Assembly: GCF_000150275.1 (NCBI RefSeq)
Contig: NW_002060952.1
Location: 2,227,128 to 2,291,127 of the forward strand
Source: Trichoplax adhaerens
Lineage: Eukaryota > Animalia > Placozoa
Length of the DNA: 64,000 nt
Direction: 5' to 3'
Shown here: one piece after another, positions 12,501-26,500 of the stretch
How positions within the stretch are numbered: position 1 is the first letter of the stretch
How the letters are laid out: each line of letters begins with the position of its first letter
Made by a program: the position numbers and the translations under genes
Notes under the pieces: generated by a model
The model's input: the letters and a program-made list of their open reading frames with translations, nothing else
What the model was told of the DNA's origin: nothing
Databases searched by the model: none

Positions 12501-15500
12501 ATAAAAATGAGTTCTTTGTTATCGTTTCATTTAATTGTAAGGAGTTTTAATAGTAAAGAGATGTAGACAGATCTCCTACAACGCGCGCTATCAAGCGTTA
12601 ATTACTGTAAATGTAAAAGTCTATGCACGTAATTATTATTGTCAAATACTTAGATTATCTAACTGAGGCGTTACCTTTCCATCGCCCAGAACTAGATCTT
12701 TAAACTTTGTTCTCAAAATAATGTCCTTCATTTCCTACATTAAGTTGATTGAAAGTATCAGGTAATAGTAATTTAATGTTTTCGTAAAATTCGATCAGAG
12801 CACAATACCTTGCTCAAGTTAGTCATTACAACAGAGAAATCGTGGTTGCATATAATACTCCATAAAGAAAAGCACTCTATACATCCGGTCAGAAGAGAAC
12901 TCATGTTCTCAAAGGATCTTTTTTCAGTAGATACAGCATCAGCTTATATATAGAATGAAAAAAGATGTAAACTTATTTCGGTCGCCAACAATGCGACGAT
13001 TACATAAAGGAAATCTAACATTAAATACAAATGTACCTTTATAGCGTTGTTGCAGTTGCGATTGTATCACCTGTCGGTTGGGAACATTTGGGTCTGATCT
13101 GACGCCAGCTTGAGATTTTACAACATTTAGCATATGATGATGAAGGGATGGACTAAGAAAGCTGTATTGGGTTGTTAACAGATTATAGTCAATAATTAAT
13201 TAGAGACGCTCAATTTGATATATTAGTTACTTCTAGCATACTTTGATCCTTCCGCTTGTAAAGCCGAAAACAGCTGATTATGCTCCTCAATAAACGCTTT
13301 TAGGCTAGCTACTTGCTCACATAGCCATAATAATTCTTCAGATGAGAATTGACTTTCCATCTAAATCATTTTTAGAGAAAGAGTCATATTTAGTAACTAC
13401 AGGGAAAGGAAATAGCGATACGGTAACATATTCAACCTTAGTTGAGGTTCGAACGACTTCCGCAGTTAGATTCGTATTCCACACAGGTCTATTGCATTAT
13501 CAAGAATATTTTACAAAGTAAGTTTCAAAAAATACCTTTAGAACAAATTTTAGATACAGTACTAATTACCGGAGAATACGAGATAGATATAAATATACTC
13601 CATCATGCTTTAAAGAGAATTTCATAACAGGTACTCCATCAGTGGGGGCCGACTGCAACGTGTTTTCAGTCGATAATGGCCGACCAGATTCTGTATGTTT
13701 TCCTCGCCTATCAAGTGACAAATACGATCCATCTAAACCTGGTGGCGAAGGTGCTTGATTAACATTCGTTGAAGGTGGTTGTTGAAAAGGTTGTGGCTTC
13801 GTATCACCAGGATGACTGCCAACTCCGGGTTGCGTAATGTTTGAACTAGTTGGGAATTCGAATCTCGGCTCATCACTATAACAGAAAAAAGCTTGCGCAG
13901 CAAGTTTGGTAACCTAGAATAATTTTCCCCCAAAAAGTATAATAGCGTGAAGACCACAGGAATAAATCATGCTATGTTAACAAAAAGCATACTACTAAAG
14001 TTACTATTTCAAGACTAAATTATTGCTTACATGCTGATCAGATGGGCGATTAGAGCACGCCAAAACGAGGCATGATACCACTGCATTGATCTAACAATAA
14101 GATATAAAGACTATCGTTAGCTAGACTAGAAACTGAAAAATTAGACTTTGGCTTCCATTATCAATTCGAGATTCTTACCGTGTCCATACTAAAGTATGTT
14201 TGTACAGCTTCTTGATCCACTCTTCCACACTTTAGCAAGATACAACGCAGTAATTCGGACGGTCGAAAGCTATCAAGAAGGTAGGCACCCTGAAAGCAAT
14301 AAATTATTTAATTTTAGTACAGAATTTAAAGAAGTTTTGCTAATATTTCTTGCATACCTGAGCTCCTAAAATGACGAATTGTCTTAATGGTTTAGCATGT
14401 TGACTAACAATCGCTGGAGGATCTGACTTTACGGTTTTCAGATTGGGATTTGCAACCTGATCAAAGTCTTTAGTTTCATTGATAGCCCATATATGCCCGT
14501 TAATTGCAGTTGTACACTAGTAAGTCGATATCAGGTGTTCTGTCAATTTACTTTGATTTCTTATCTGAACATTTAACTCCACATAGCTACGAAAATGTAC
14601 CTGACTCTCTTTAAGTAACTTCATAAAGGGAAACACATCTGGATTAGTCAACCATAATATGTCAGAATCATCGGAACTGCTAGAAGCCATGAGCATCAAT
14701 CCTAACAAATACAATTTCGCAAGTCTCCTTTCAGTATTTTTACCACAAAGAAACTGTTTAAGGGATTTGATTACCATGGTTATAGTATGAAATATTGATA
14801 TTATTGGGGCGTTGTATTGCAGGAACTGACGGAGTGCAACCAGGAGGCATGCGAATATGAACTAGTTGAATGTGAGATGGTCTGTCACTAAATGAGCTAG
14901 TGACAACAAAGTATAGTCTAACACCTGTATGTTCAAAGGGAAAAAATTAGTCATAGCAGTTAGTGCTAATGTAGGCTACGTAATAAAATGTAAACCTGAT
15001 TTAGTTACGGCTATAAGCTGCACGCCAAGAGACTCTTGTTTACTGATCGGAGCAATATATACAACCGGAGCAAAGTTACCGGCATCTATGTACCTAAAAT
15101 AAAAAAATTGAAATAAGCAAATATATTTACACTCTAGGAAGCTCTACGAGTTAGAGATCACTTCCAGTACCTTGCGGATCTTGAAGCTTGAGATAAAATA
15201 GCTCCGCGATTTAACGTAACAACATGACTAGTCAGATTCCCGTTACTTCCAAGGTCATAAACCTAAGTTAACATATTTCCAACAAAAAGCGACTTACGAA
15301 ATATTGAAACATTCGTAAGTATCAACCTACTCGTACATCAGCAATATTAATACCTGTATAGTGCTTTCTTTAGATAATGTATATAAAATGTTTCTACTTT
15401 CATCTATGGCAATCTGTTGCATTGAATCTGTTATACAAAGCAGATATTTACATCTTCATAGGCAAATAACATTAGGCAAAGAAAGAATAAACAGAAAATA

Positions 15501-18500
15501 TAATGTAATGACGTATCGAATAAACCAATAAAAGCTTCTAACCTTCTGTAGAAAATAAGTTGACAACCTTCATGAAAATATTATAGATGCCAGATACTCC
15601 GTAAAGGTAACTACTGGAATGGTTTACAATACGACACTGCTGGGTAAACCAACCGGCTTTATCCTATGTGCGAATAATTAGATTGGCTTGTCACTATCAT
15701 AAAAAATAATGTAGATTCAATAAAGAATACTAATTACTCGATATTCTATTTCGAATAGACAACAGTTCTTGGTGGTCATGAATATTCGTCCATTTCGAGT
15801 ACCACTGATGGATGTAATCTCAATTTGCTGATCTAATGGCAATACGAATAGTGGCTCGGGCTGAAGATGCATCTCTTTATAAGGATATCCGGCCGTTTCT
15901 GCAATTGAATAATTAAAGTTTTATACCGTTAAATAAAGACATACAACGGTTGAGAAGCAAATAGACATAAGCTATAATAATAACTATATCATTAAAAATC
16001 GAGCTTATAACAGGACAGAGTTTTAAGTGCAGCACGATAGTAAATCAACTTAGAAACATTCACTAAAAATTTTTATAAAATATAACTCAGAAGTAACGAT
16101 AGCTAACTGAGGGCATTTAATTAAAATAAGAGAAACATCAATATTCAAATGATTTATTACATTATCGTCGTTACTAAAATCTTACCACGTGTAGCTTCCG
16201 AAAAGCTAACCCCTAGTAGAACAACATCGACAGCAGTAGCTAAACATAACAGGAATTTGATATGATCTTGAAATATTCCTATGTTGAAACAAAGTTCAAT
16301 GTTAATTATATTATTTTTTCAATTATTTAAAAATAGCAATCCGATGGCCGATACTAACTATGTCAGCAGGGCATGAAAGTGCTAATTAAACTATCTCTAT
16401 AAAGCCTAGCGTTATCAGAAAGTTATAAAATGTATTCAGTAATGTAGCATATCCTACCTGGTTTGGGTCTAACTAGTCCAACACACATTATGTATTCACT
16501 GAGACCATCAAAATAAGCAACATCGCTCCTATCATGAAATTATTTAAAATTATAATGGTAAAAGTATAGAACAGCCTAAATTTGATAAATTATTTTTAAT
16601 AATTGCGTCACAGGTGTTATCAATCTTCACGAATAATAACAATGAATCCGATTTAAAATACGGCATTACTTACCCATCTTCGTAATTCCATACAAAGATA
16701 TCACTATCGATAGATAACCAAGCTCGTTTAATTTCAGGAAATAGACCCATTAGACAATTATATTGTAAATCTAAAATTTTTGTTAAGTTTCTAGCTGATG
16801 AAGAAACTGCTGTCTTAATAACCAGAAATTGGCGGGGAATACAGGTATCGATTATGATAATAATGCAAATCATATATTTCATACTATGGGAACGTTTAAA
16901 TTTTTAGAACTCAAAATGTGGAAGAGTCTTGAATAATCAGTTATATGTAATACCTGGACGATATAGTAAATTTAAATTGCTTCCCAATGATCGAAAATAA
17001 TACTATAACATTTAAAATGAATTTTGCATTGTCTGTAACATTAAAGAAAGTCTTTTCAATTTGTTTCGTCCTCTATCCAAACAGTTACTGTACATACGAC
17101 TAAAGTATATGTTCACCATAGTATTAAAGAATACATTACGACATCACTTTAGTTAACTTTCAAGAGCAGCAGCAAAGTGAGCGGTCATCGAGGCTGAATT
17201 TCGTATTAATTAATTTATATCCTGTGTAAAGTATAGCAATTATAAAAGCTTCTCACTACAATATAGCAGTGTCCAGACAGTATTTACAACGCGATGATAG
17301 TATAGATGTGCCCAAATTAGTTCATTAATCAATTTTCATCAAAAGATACGATTGAATTGTTCTACTAGCTCTACTGGCAGCGGTACCCTGCGAACATTGG
17401 CAAAGTTCGGTACATTCTGTAGCCCTGGTAAGGCCGATATGGAAGCATAGTCATTTTCACCAATTCCACTTATACCAGCCGTATATGCTGTAAAAAAGTG
17501 ATAGAATTATGCTTTGTATTAACTAATAAATGTACTTTAAAACGGTAATCATTGCAGTAAAAGACTATAACCCTAATCAAGTATATAACTAACAAGATCA
17601 TAATAGTATATCTGTAAGCGCTTAAACCACAAGTAGATCAAATTATAGTTCTTATCAATTATTGAATTAAAAATTACTGTCTAGCCACCAAAAGGTAGCT
17701 ATAAGCGCATTTTTATCAAATCTTTTATATCAATAAGCAATAAAGTAAGCGTAGTGCAGAGAATGATATTTATGGCTTCGATACGTCTCAAAACATCAGT
17801 TGATAAACGATAGAAAATTCACCGGCGGCGTTCGAGCACATGCTATAATATCGTAAGACTTAATTTAAATTGCTTACATAACACATAAAATATATAGTTG
17901 TATGCAGCAAATATGCTGCACAACGTCATAGCAATAAACATTGCTCTTTCGATAGTAACAACGCAAGGGTAGATTACTGTAGCCATACACGTAGCTATTG
18001 CACAGATAGCTTGTTCACGAATACATTTACAACTAATTCAAACCTTGGCATGAGTGAAGTGATAGAGCTAATTGTAGTTCATGTACTGTATCGGTTAATC
18101 AAGACATTTAAATTCTATTATTGTTTATCACTTATCGTGCGTCCATTTGGAGTACTGTAGGTATTCTAATTCATGAGTCTAGGTGTGGAGTAGTTCCTAT
18201 GACCAGATATCTGCAGAAATTCTCAAAGACTATCGCTAGAACTGATCCTGATTTAGTCAAGCAGGAAACGTAGGAAACTTCTGCTAACGGGGTTCAATAA
18301 GGGGTCGTTACACGTACAGTCTGTTAGAATCGAACAGTGAGATTTTGAAGAAATGGAAACTTTGGTAGCCATTGATTCACGATTCAAACTAGTTCCAATA
18401 CCGAAAATTCAACTGATGCCTATTTATGGAATAAGGTCGAATTTTCATACCTGTATGGTCAATACTATCGACGATAGCTGAAACGTTGACGCAGTAATAG

Positions 18501-19450
18501 TTTTAGCCGTTTACATTATTCTTACCCGTAGAGATGGTAATAGAATGTACCTACTTAATTTATCTACTATTTGTGTAGTATAGTACTGCCACGATGAACC
18601 GTTGTCATAATATAGAAGTAACGTAATTTGTTGGCTTCTATCCTAGAGTGTTGACGAAATCCTATCCTACTGTATACCAATACTATCTAATAACATGTAT
18701 ACCAATGTCACTTATATTTGTAATAAGCTTCCTTGTACTGAATACACAGTATCGTATGAAAAGGAATTGAAATATGGAGATTCACATTATCTCCAATCAC
18801 TACACTAGTGTATAATATTATATGAGCAAGATTGATTGAGTGGCCAGGAGGATGACAAACTAAGCTAAAGCTAACCCTGCATGCAGTTACTACCGTATTT
18901 GCCTATGACAACTCTGTGTATCCATGACCGAAGTTATTCCATCAAGATGAACGTTGATGTACGCGTAGCTACAGTCTATGGCATAACCTTATTATGGCAC
19001 AAAATAAGGGTAAGTTTTCCATGCTTGTGGCAACGATACTTACTGCACTCCATTGACTATGAATGATCGTATCGAAGTTTACAGATCGTGTCTATGACTT
19101 ATGATGAAGGAGACAGGTAAATTGAAGAAGATAATGCACGTGTAATTGCTGTCATCATCACCTTGCATATCGATAGCCCGATAGCAAAATACTCGTTATT
19201 ACACAAGAATGAAGATGAATAACTTCAAGCAGATAGCAGTATCATCCTATCCTAGAGTGATTGACTTACAGCCAGAAGATATATTGAGTAAGCGAGAAAG
19301 ATCCAAATAATGACTATCCTGATCGAGATGTTTCTCCAACTGTTTGGAAGCTTCACTTAACGCTTGATTACTGGCATGTTGGTGGGTCATCCCCATACCA
19401 GAAGCATATCCATTGATTCTATCGCGTATTAACTGATTGTCAGTCTGCAT
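9595..19450 (-). CDS. NUP155: Nuclear pore complex protein Nup155 (~35 exons)
   Basis: Exon1 19270-19450 (..[26 protein letters not shown]), exon2 17350-17487 (..[14 protein letters not shown]) and exon3 from 16770 ([33 protein letters not shown]). Internal anchors are [15 protein letters not shown] and [25 protein letters not shown]. The last exon 9595-9736 ends ..[22 protein letters not shown]. All match recalled NUP155. Confidence 0.96.
16771..17349 (-). other. Probable U12-type (minor spliceosome) GT-AG intron, NUP155 coding intron 2
   Basis: The 5' end is GTATCTTTTG (U12 consensus RTATCCTTT). CTTAAC lies about 12 nt before the terminal AG, and there is no long polypyrimidine tract. Confidence 0.75.
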
Positions 19451-19507
19451 CCTTTTACTTATTCACCTCTTGAAAGGATTAATTGGCCCAAGTAGATGAG
19501 TAGAAAT

Positions 19508-19661
19508 CTAAAATCAATTTATAAATTCAATTGGTAGAAATTCAATCTTGACGATTGCTCTTGCATCTCCTCTCGCTAACGGTAGTATTGAAGTTCATGC
19601 AAGTCATGTGCGGGTCGATTGACGCCTATAACAGTACGTAGTATTGGTATGATTGACTTAC
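19508..19661 (-). other. Candidate 5'-UTR intron of NUP155
   Basis: Donor CA|GTAAGT at 19661 and acceptor TTTTAG at 19508, 57 nt upstream of the ATG. Confidence 0.45.
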
Positions 19662-19959
19662 TGGATTGATAATGGCTTTGATTTGCGATTTTTTTCCTTG
19701 TGCAAGTTTTGCTCTTTCCTCAATAATTATGGCAGAATTGGCTTGGATGCCAGCATCGAGTTGCAATGGTGGAACGTGCAGCTTGCCTTTCTCTACTGTT
19801 TTAGTAGCTTTCAAAATTCAGTTAACGTCATATCAACTGATTAACGTCGAGGCTAATGGTCACAGCAAGCTTGGCTAACACTCGATACAGACTGTGCCAC
19901 GGGTACACTGGTAGTGGATACAAATTCATAATGAGCGCCTTCTCCGTTGGTTCTTTTCC

Positions 19960-20225
19960 TAGCAAGTACAGTACCATGTACTGTAGGGTAACGTACTGTT
20001 GCATTGGTCCAGTAGCGTTACTACTGAATTTTACAGTACAACTGCACAATGCAGTACAGTGTACAGACTGTAATCCACAGTACTTTCTGATCCAGTAGTA
20101 TGTACTGTATCAAAGTACGGTACACTGTAGTGGTGTGTACTGTAAATAAAATTGAAAATTGAGCGCGTTTTTCATATACAGTAAATACAGCGTTCCAAAC
20201 AGCGCGGCTTGGCTATAGTACAGCA
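19960..20225. promoter_or_regulatory. Putative divergent promoter upstream of NUP155 with a TACAGTA/TACTGTA cluster
   Basis: Dense TACWGTA/CTGTAC repeats plus CGCG-containing motifs (GAGCGCGTTTTTC, CAGCGCGGC) immediately upstream of the NUP155 5' end. Confidence 0.5.
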
Positions 20226-20758
20226 GTCACAGCTGGTGTCAAGAATCAATCCCAGTCTTGCTTTTGTTTCTTTCTCACTGTATACAGACGTACAGACATA
20301 GCATAGTACTGTCATGTAGATAGAGTGGCATGGACAACATCCAAATATTAATTCATTTTAGGAATTAAGTCAGGGTGATTGTGACTAAAAGTCGCCAGCT
20401 GAAAGCATACAGGTAAAAGAAAACTTTTTAGCTTTATCTTTTACCTCTATGGTTGAAAGCGAGTTCTGCATTGAAGTTGTGAATCGCCATCGTAGTTATG
20501 GTACGCATCTGTTACAATAGCGATCGGCAACCAAATCCCTTCAATACGATCGATACTATAACGTTATCCTAACTGTATTTAGAGAAGGTTGAACGCGAAT
20601 AGTCATAGTATTTAGTAGTCATGGACTACTAAATACTCCATCGTTTAGTAATCATTCGATGCGATATTGACTATCGATGTACAATGGCACATCGAAAATA
20701 GAGTATAGCTTATGACTACAATAAATACGAACATGAAAAAACATTCTTGGTGATGGAA

Positions 20759-21355
20759 AAATGGCGATTAATCAGTTCAATGCACAGACGTGATCATGTT
20801 GACTTGACTTGGTTTCGAAGACAGCATGAAACTGTCATGGATTGAATAGGTAGATGTCGTATTCTAGGACCGATCATCTGCTATTAAATGGCGATTGATT
20901 AATGATAATGTGCAGACGCTATTTACTTGACTTAATTTCGAAGACAACGTAACACTTTGATGGATTCAATCCGTAGATGGTAGTATTCTAGGATCGATCA
21001 TCTGCTATTAAATGGCGATTGATTAATGATTGATGTAGACGTTATTTACTTGACTTAATCTTGAAGACAACGTAACACTTTGATGAATTCAATCCGTAGA
21101 TGGTAGTATTTTAGGACCGATCGTCTGCTATTAAATGTCGATTGATTAATGATTAATGTACAGACGTTATTTACTTGACTTAATCTCCAAGACAACGGTA
21201 GTATTTTCGGACCGATCGTCTAATATTAAACGGCGATTGATTAATTTAATGTACAGACTCTGTCATGTTTGCTTGATTTGATTTGGAAGGCAACGTGACA
21301 CTGTGATGGATTGCATAGGTGGATGCAGTATTCCAAGGCCGACCGTCTGATATTA
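20759..21355. repeat. Degenerate tandem array, five units of ~123 bp
   Basis: AAATGGCGATTGATTAAT..CAGACG..ACTTGACTT..GAAGACAAC..GTATTCTAGGACCGATCATCTGCTATT units start near 20759, 20886, 21010, 21133 (internally deleted) and 21228. The frames checked contain stops. Confidence 0.9.
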
Positions 21356-23532
21356 CTATCGGAATAATCATTAGAAATAGAATAAAATGGCTCAATGAAT
21401 AAGGATATGCAGTCAAGGTCTACAGTATTGTGTTTTTAGCTTTTAAGTAAATCTTTTTGAATAATCACTGAAACTGCCTTTACTACTGTGGGATTACGAT
21501 GACCAAGCCATTATCGCATATAAATTCAATTTTTTTATCGTCCAAGGTAAATATATATGTATAATTAATCTAGATGTAAATAAATAACCATTTAGACAAA
21601 GAAGAATTACAATTTCCGATACCCTAAATCAGAGATTGCTAAATTCATTTTATGGATTAAGACGACAATTGAAAATGGATTGAAAACGACAATAATAAAA
21701 TGGTGAAATGAAGACAAAAATCAACTGCTACAGTATCGACGATATACGCGTACTCATATGCGCTCTTTTATCCTGGCTAAAACAATGCAATACAGGAATA
21801 AAAGTAATTAGTTTTAATTGATTTTGAATATTTTACAGGCATAGACAATTTTTCCAGGACAACGGCTGTACTTTAATCCTGATTGATCAACGTAACATGT
21901 GGTCAATACAATAAAACTCATTCATTTATTTTTCCGATTGGATCCGAAGAAGGAACAACTGGCTCACTTTCGTTGTTCTATCGTTATTCTAATTGGCAAC
22001 ACAAAATTAACAAGAGACAACAATTTTATATCTGCGCCTTATGTAATCTTCATTTTATTCTAGTTTAGGTCATACAATTGCCAAGTACTAGATGGCATAA
22101 TGTCTTGTACATTTGCTCCCATCATAACTAACGTAGTAAAAACATATGGATTAATTAGTAGTAAGGACGTCAACAATATTACCTTTGGATTTCATTCTGA
22201 TCGAATTCCATCTCAGCTCATACTTGTATACTGTATATTACGGGTCTATATCGATCGAGAAAGGTATTTAATCAGCTCAAAAAATGGTTTCTCCTGAAAA
22301 CAGTTATTACTCTTAATGGAGGGAGTGATTCTATTGATCAAATCATCCACGAGAGCACCTTTTACTAACATGCAATACGCTACTGCATTAGTTTAATCAA
22401 TGCAACATTAACTCCTAATTTGGCAAGATTCAATTGCTCGCCTAAGTTCTATCTAAAATTGTAGGTGAAAGTAGTCCATAGTCTTTTCTTATTCAGGAGT
22501 TGATCATCAATCTATCAACTGTAATACAATAATGTGCTATACAATCGGCAACATATTTCACCATGAAGGTAAATTAGGATATACTGTCAGGAAAAAAAAA
22601 TTGAATCTACTGCAACAATACAACAATAACGCAGCCATAGGCAGTTTATCCGTTTTGTAGCCGATAGCACATTATCCGCTTGCAATTGTCTGCTATCCAG
22701 CAGCACACAAGCCAGTTAATTAGTGGATACAACATTTAGAGTACTGTAGAGTAGAATAATTGATCGAATTTCAATAGTTTCCCCCTTCTTCTTTACTTCA
22801 TGCAATCAAGTTGAAATAAACGCTCCAAGATTCCAAAGTTGGAATAAAAAAATGGCCCAAGTTTTATTGTCAGATATGCTTTCTGTGTTCAGCACCATAC
22901 TGTTGTTACAGTGTTTTATTCTAATGAATTTATTTACCATTACATTTGATGAATATTAACAAAGCATTCTGCTGGTATTCCCTGCATTAACATTGGCTTA
23001 AAGTGTATTAATTAATTAAACTATTCTCCTTGTCCACCATTATGCTGATTGTTTGATAGTACTTCTACGCCTAGACATGTGTTTTGTTTCTTACTGATAC
23101 TAATGTATACTCTGCTATGCTATGATTCAGACTACCTACTCGAGTTCAGCTAGGCTTATTCACTGACTCTACCCTCCGCTTTACTTATTTGCATTTGTGT
23201 TCCCATACTAAAGACGACTCTTGCCCAGAATCATCACTCCATTTCTGCAGGAAGAATACTCAATCTGGACAAAGTGCATCGTTATTTGATAGTCATTTTT
23301 AGCTTGAATAATAACTCGCGTGCCAGTTGGTGCCGCATTCACGAAAGATTGCATTGCATGTTGCTGCCAATGCTTGTATTTGTGTTGGACAAAGTGACGT
23401 GGATCTGGTGGAGATAGTTGTACTCGTGTAGTATTTAATTGCAACAACGCTTGAAGAATTTTCAATTCATATAGCAAGTGAATCCTAACAAGTTAACCTT
23501 AACCGTTTGTGTGTTATACAAGTAGGAGAAGA

Positions 23533-26500
23533 ATGGCAAAAATTTCCTCGGTATTCAGGTCTAAAGTCTATTTCACTGTCGTATTGGCAGTTGTACTGTT
23601 GTTCTTTAGTTTCCCCAAATCTATCCAAGCCGTGGAAGAAGAAGAAGAAGATAATATTGAGGAAGTTAGCAGCGATCTCAGTAAAGGCAAAGGTATGCAT
23701 CAGCATCGGATGACAACAGTAGCCTAGTTCAAGCATTCAATAGCTACTAGCCCTAGCAAATATGCAAACTGGTTGTAGTCTCTCAATGCAGAAAAACTTA
23801 CTGTACACTACAATGGTAGCATTCCCTTCAATAATCTTCTTCAGAGAATAACTACAGTATATTCCTACAGTAGGGTCCAATTTTTATTCTCTCTTTTCTA
23901 GTAAATCGATAACAGCATCATGATATTGTGAAACTGATCAGTCGCCTTGCTTTCATAACTTTCTCTATATAGTACTTTGTTATTAGCTGGAGTAAGATGT
24001 ACAACATAGTAATTTGATTGTTATAGAACTACTGTGCATAGCGGTGTTGCTCATGATATCATTTTGTCCATGTACTGAAGTGTTCTCATTTCCTGTATCT
24101 TCGTCTTAAATATTCAGCTTTCGTATACTGTAAGTAGACTTAGAAATACTCGTAATAAATGAATTGTAAAAGTGCTAGTATACCCGTAGTTAATATCAAT
24201 CCAATTTTAAGGTATTGTAACTTTACGTAAGCACGAAAAATTATGAACTCTCTACAGTGCTTACTTTACTCAGCAAACAATAGCGAGCTAATAGGTAGCA
24301 ATTAATACATTAATTTGTCAAAATTAGGCTTTGGTGACAGTCTTGCGTGGAAAAGTCTAGATGATGGATTGGCTGCAGCAAAGGAAGAGTAAGGATGAGA
24401 ACTAGTTTAATATTTAATACAAATATCAGCTTGGGAAGACAGAAATGGAACGTATTTATTGTGCATTAAACCCGTTGCTCCCATGATATCATCTCTTAAT
24501 TTTACACGGTAGTGGTTTATCAGAAGGCAACTGCAGTTACTGTACGCGGTACTACCATGCTTTATTTTTCACAAAAGTTATACGCCATATCCTATGGTAA
24601 TGCACAGTCAATACAGTAGTCTAGTTTACGATAGTGCATTTGTGTATTTTCTATGAAGATTTTACAGGTAATTTTAATTCAATTTCAATAACTCATTTTC
24701 AAAACACGTGTTGTAGTGTGAATAGGCTGAATTTTACGCCATTAAATCCATAGAATAATAGGAATTTCCTTCCTGATATGCCTTAATCCAAATACTTTTC
24801 CTAGCAGTCCTGAAACAACATTCTATAGGCGTTCGAATTAATTTTTAAATTTGTATCAATCTGTGGTTTAGCAGATATAACTTAACCGTAACCGACTGCA
24901 TGCTGCGAGATAGAGTATATTGATATAGTAATCAACTCTCTGTGTGTCACCGTATACGTAGTCATCCAACTTATGCTTTAATAATTATAATGAAATAGTC
25001 ATAACTAGGTAAACCTGCAAAATTGCGAATCTTGTAGTTATTGAACTACTTATGATCACGTAAGATAGAGTACTCGTACATTTATACTGAGGTATGATCA
25101 GCCCTGTTTACAATGCTATTTATTATGGAGACATTGCATCTATCAAGCTGCTAATGTAATGAGACACGATTCGCTGAATAATATATAGTTTTAATCTATC
25201 AACTATCTATTCCGGCGATACTAGTCAACTCAACATGTATCGTTATGATTCTAATCTAGTAGATGGCAGATTAAGGCCTATGATAACTATAAAACATACA
25301 TGCGGTATAATGCAATCATAGTATCTGCTATATTGAAAAGATCGAATCCTACATTGTTATTACTTAATATCTTTACTGCCCTCATGGTATAAAAATGACA
25401 TGCTTTAGTACTCACAGATACCGTACTGCATCGGATGTGCTACAAACTTCGGTTATCTTGTCTTGCACTTGCCCCATCTTTATAAGAAAGAGCAAAAATT
25501 AGTGGCTTAAATAGTTTACAAGATATGACTACAGTACACAATTAAGTTGATTAAATCGTTATTTTATCACCTACTACTCTGAAATGTCCTAATAGTATTA
25601 TCTAATAGTTGTAAATTTTACAACATCTTGCTACTTTATATTCTATAAAAGTACATAGAGTCAGTAAAAATAATCACTGTAGCGCATCTTTCTGTGTGCT
25701 CAGAACAATAGTTGTTAGCTCTTAGTAATGACATCTGTAAAGGTAACAGCTTGCAGGTAGATCCAAAAATAGTAAAGCTACAATTCGTCTACTTTTTCTC
25801 CAATATATTACTCTATTAATTGTAATTAATTATGCGTATAATGAATGTTAGCAGTTTATATATCATATCTCCAAATTTTATAAAATTGGATTATCATGGC
25901 TGACAACTCAATTATTTCGTAGGAACAAGCCTTTGATGCTGATTATTCACAAATCTTGGTGTGGAGCTTGTGCAGGTTAGCTATTATTCTTACAGCGGTT
26001 ACAAACTTTAATTTATCGTTCATCACGTAATGTACAATATTTTTTACCATATATGCTTACAAAATGTTACCTATTTCGATTAGTCTACAGTAAATTAGAC
26101 TATTGAAAAATTTATGGAAAATTACGTTAGATTCATTGATTTTCCTTATTACTGCGGCATGTCGGGACAATAAGTAAACTGTTACTATGAATGCATCTTA
26201 TTCAATAAATAGTTCAATGAAAGCTCCTTTGATCTCTTTAATAGCACTCAAACCGAAGTTCGCTTCAGCAAATGAAATATCAGAACTTAGCAATCACTTT
26301 GTAATGGTCAATTCTGAGGTCAATATTTCAAGAATATTGAATTAAAGAGTGCTTTATTTCATGTTTATCCTATTTGATAAGTATTGGAAACTATTAGCTA
26401 CATGAATAGAAATATATGATACCTTATTTAATATTTAAATCAACTTACAGGATGATGATGAAACCGAGGATAAAGCTTATGCTCCTGATGGCGTTTACTA

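Noticed and set aside
19626-20098. Several overlapping 60-80 aa ORFs upstream of NUP155
   Set aside because: No recognisable motifs; better explained as GC-richer 5'-UTR/promoter sequence.
23687-23693. Alternative GC donor in TXNDC12 exon 1 that would give LSKGFGD
   Set aside because: GCAAAG is a poor GC-donor context, and the GT donor 6 nt downstream is canonical and in the same phase.
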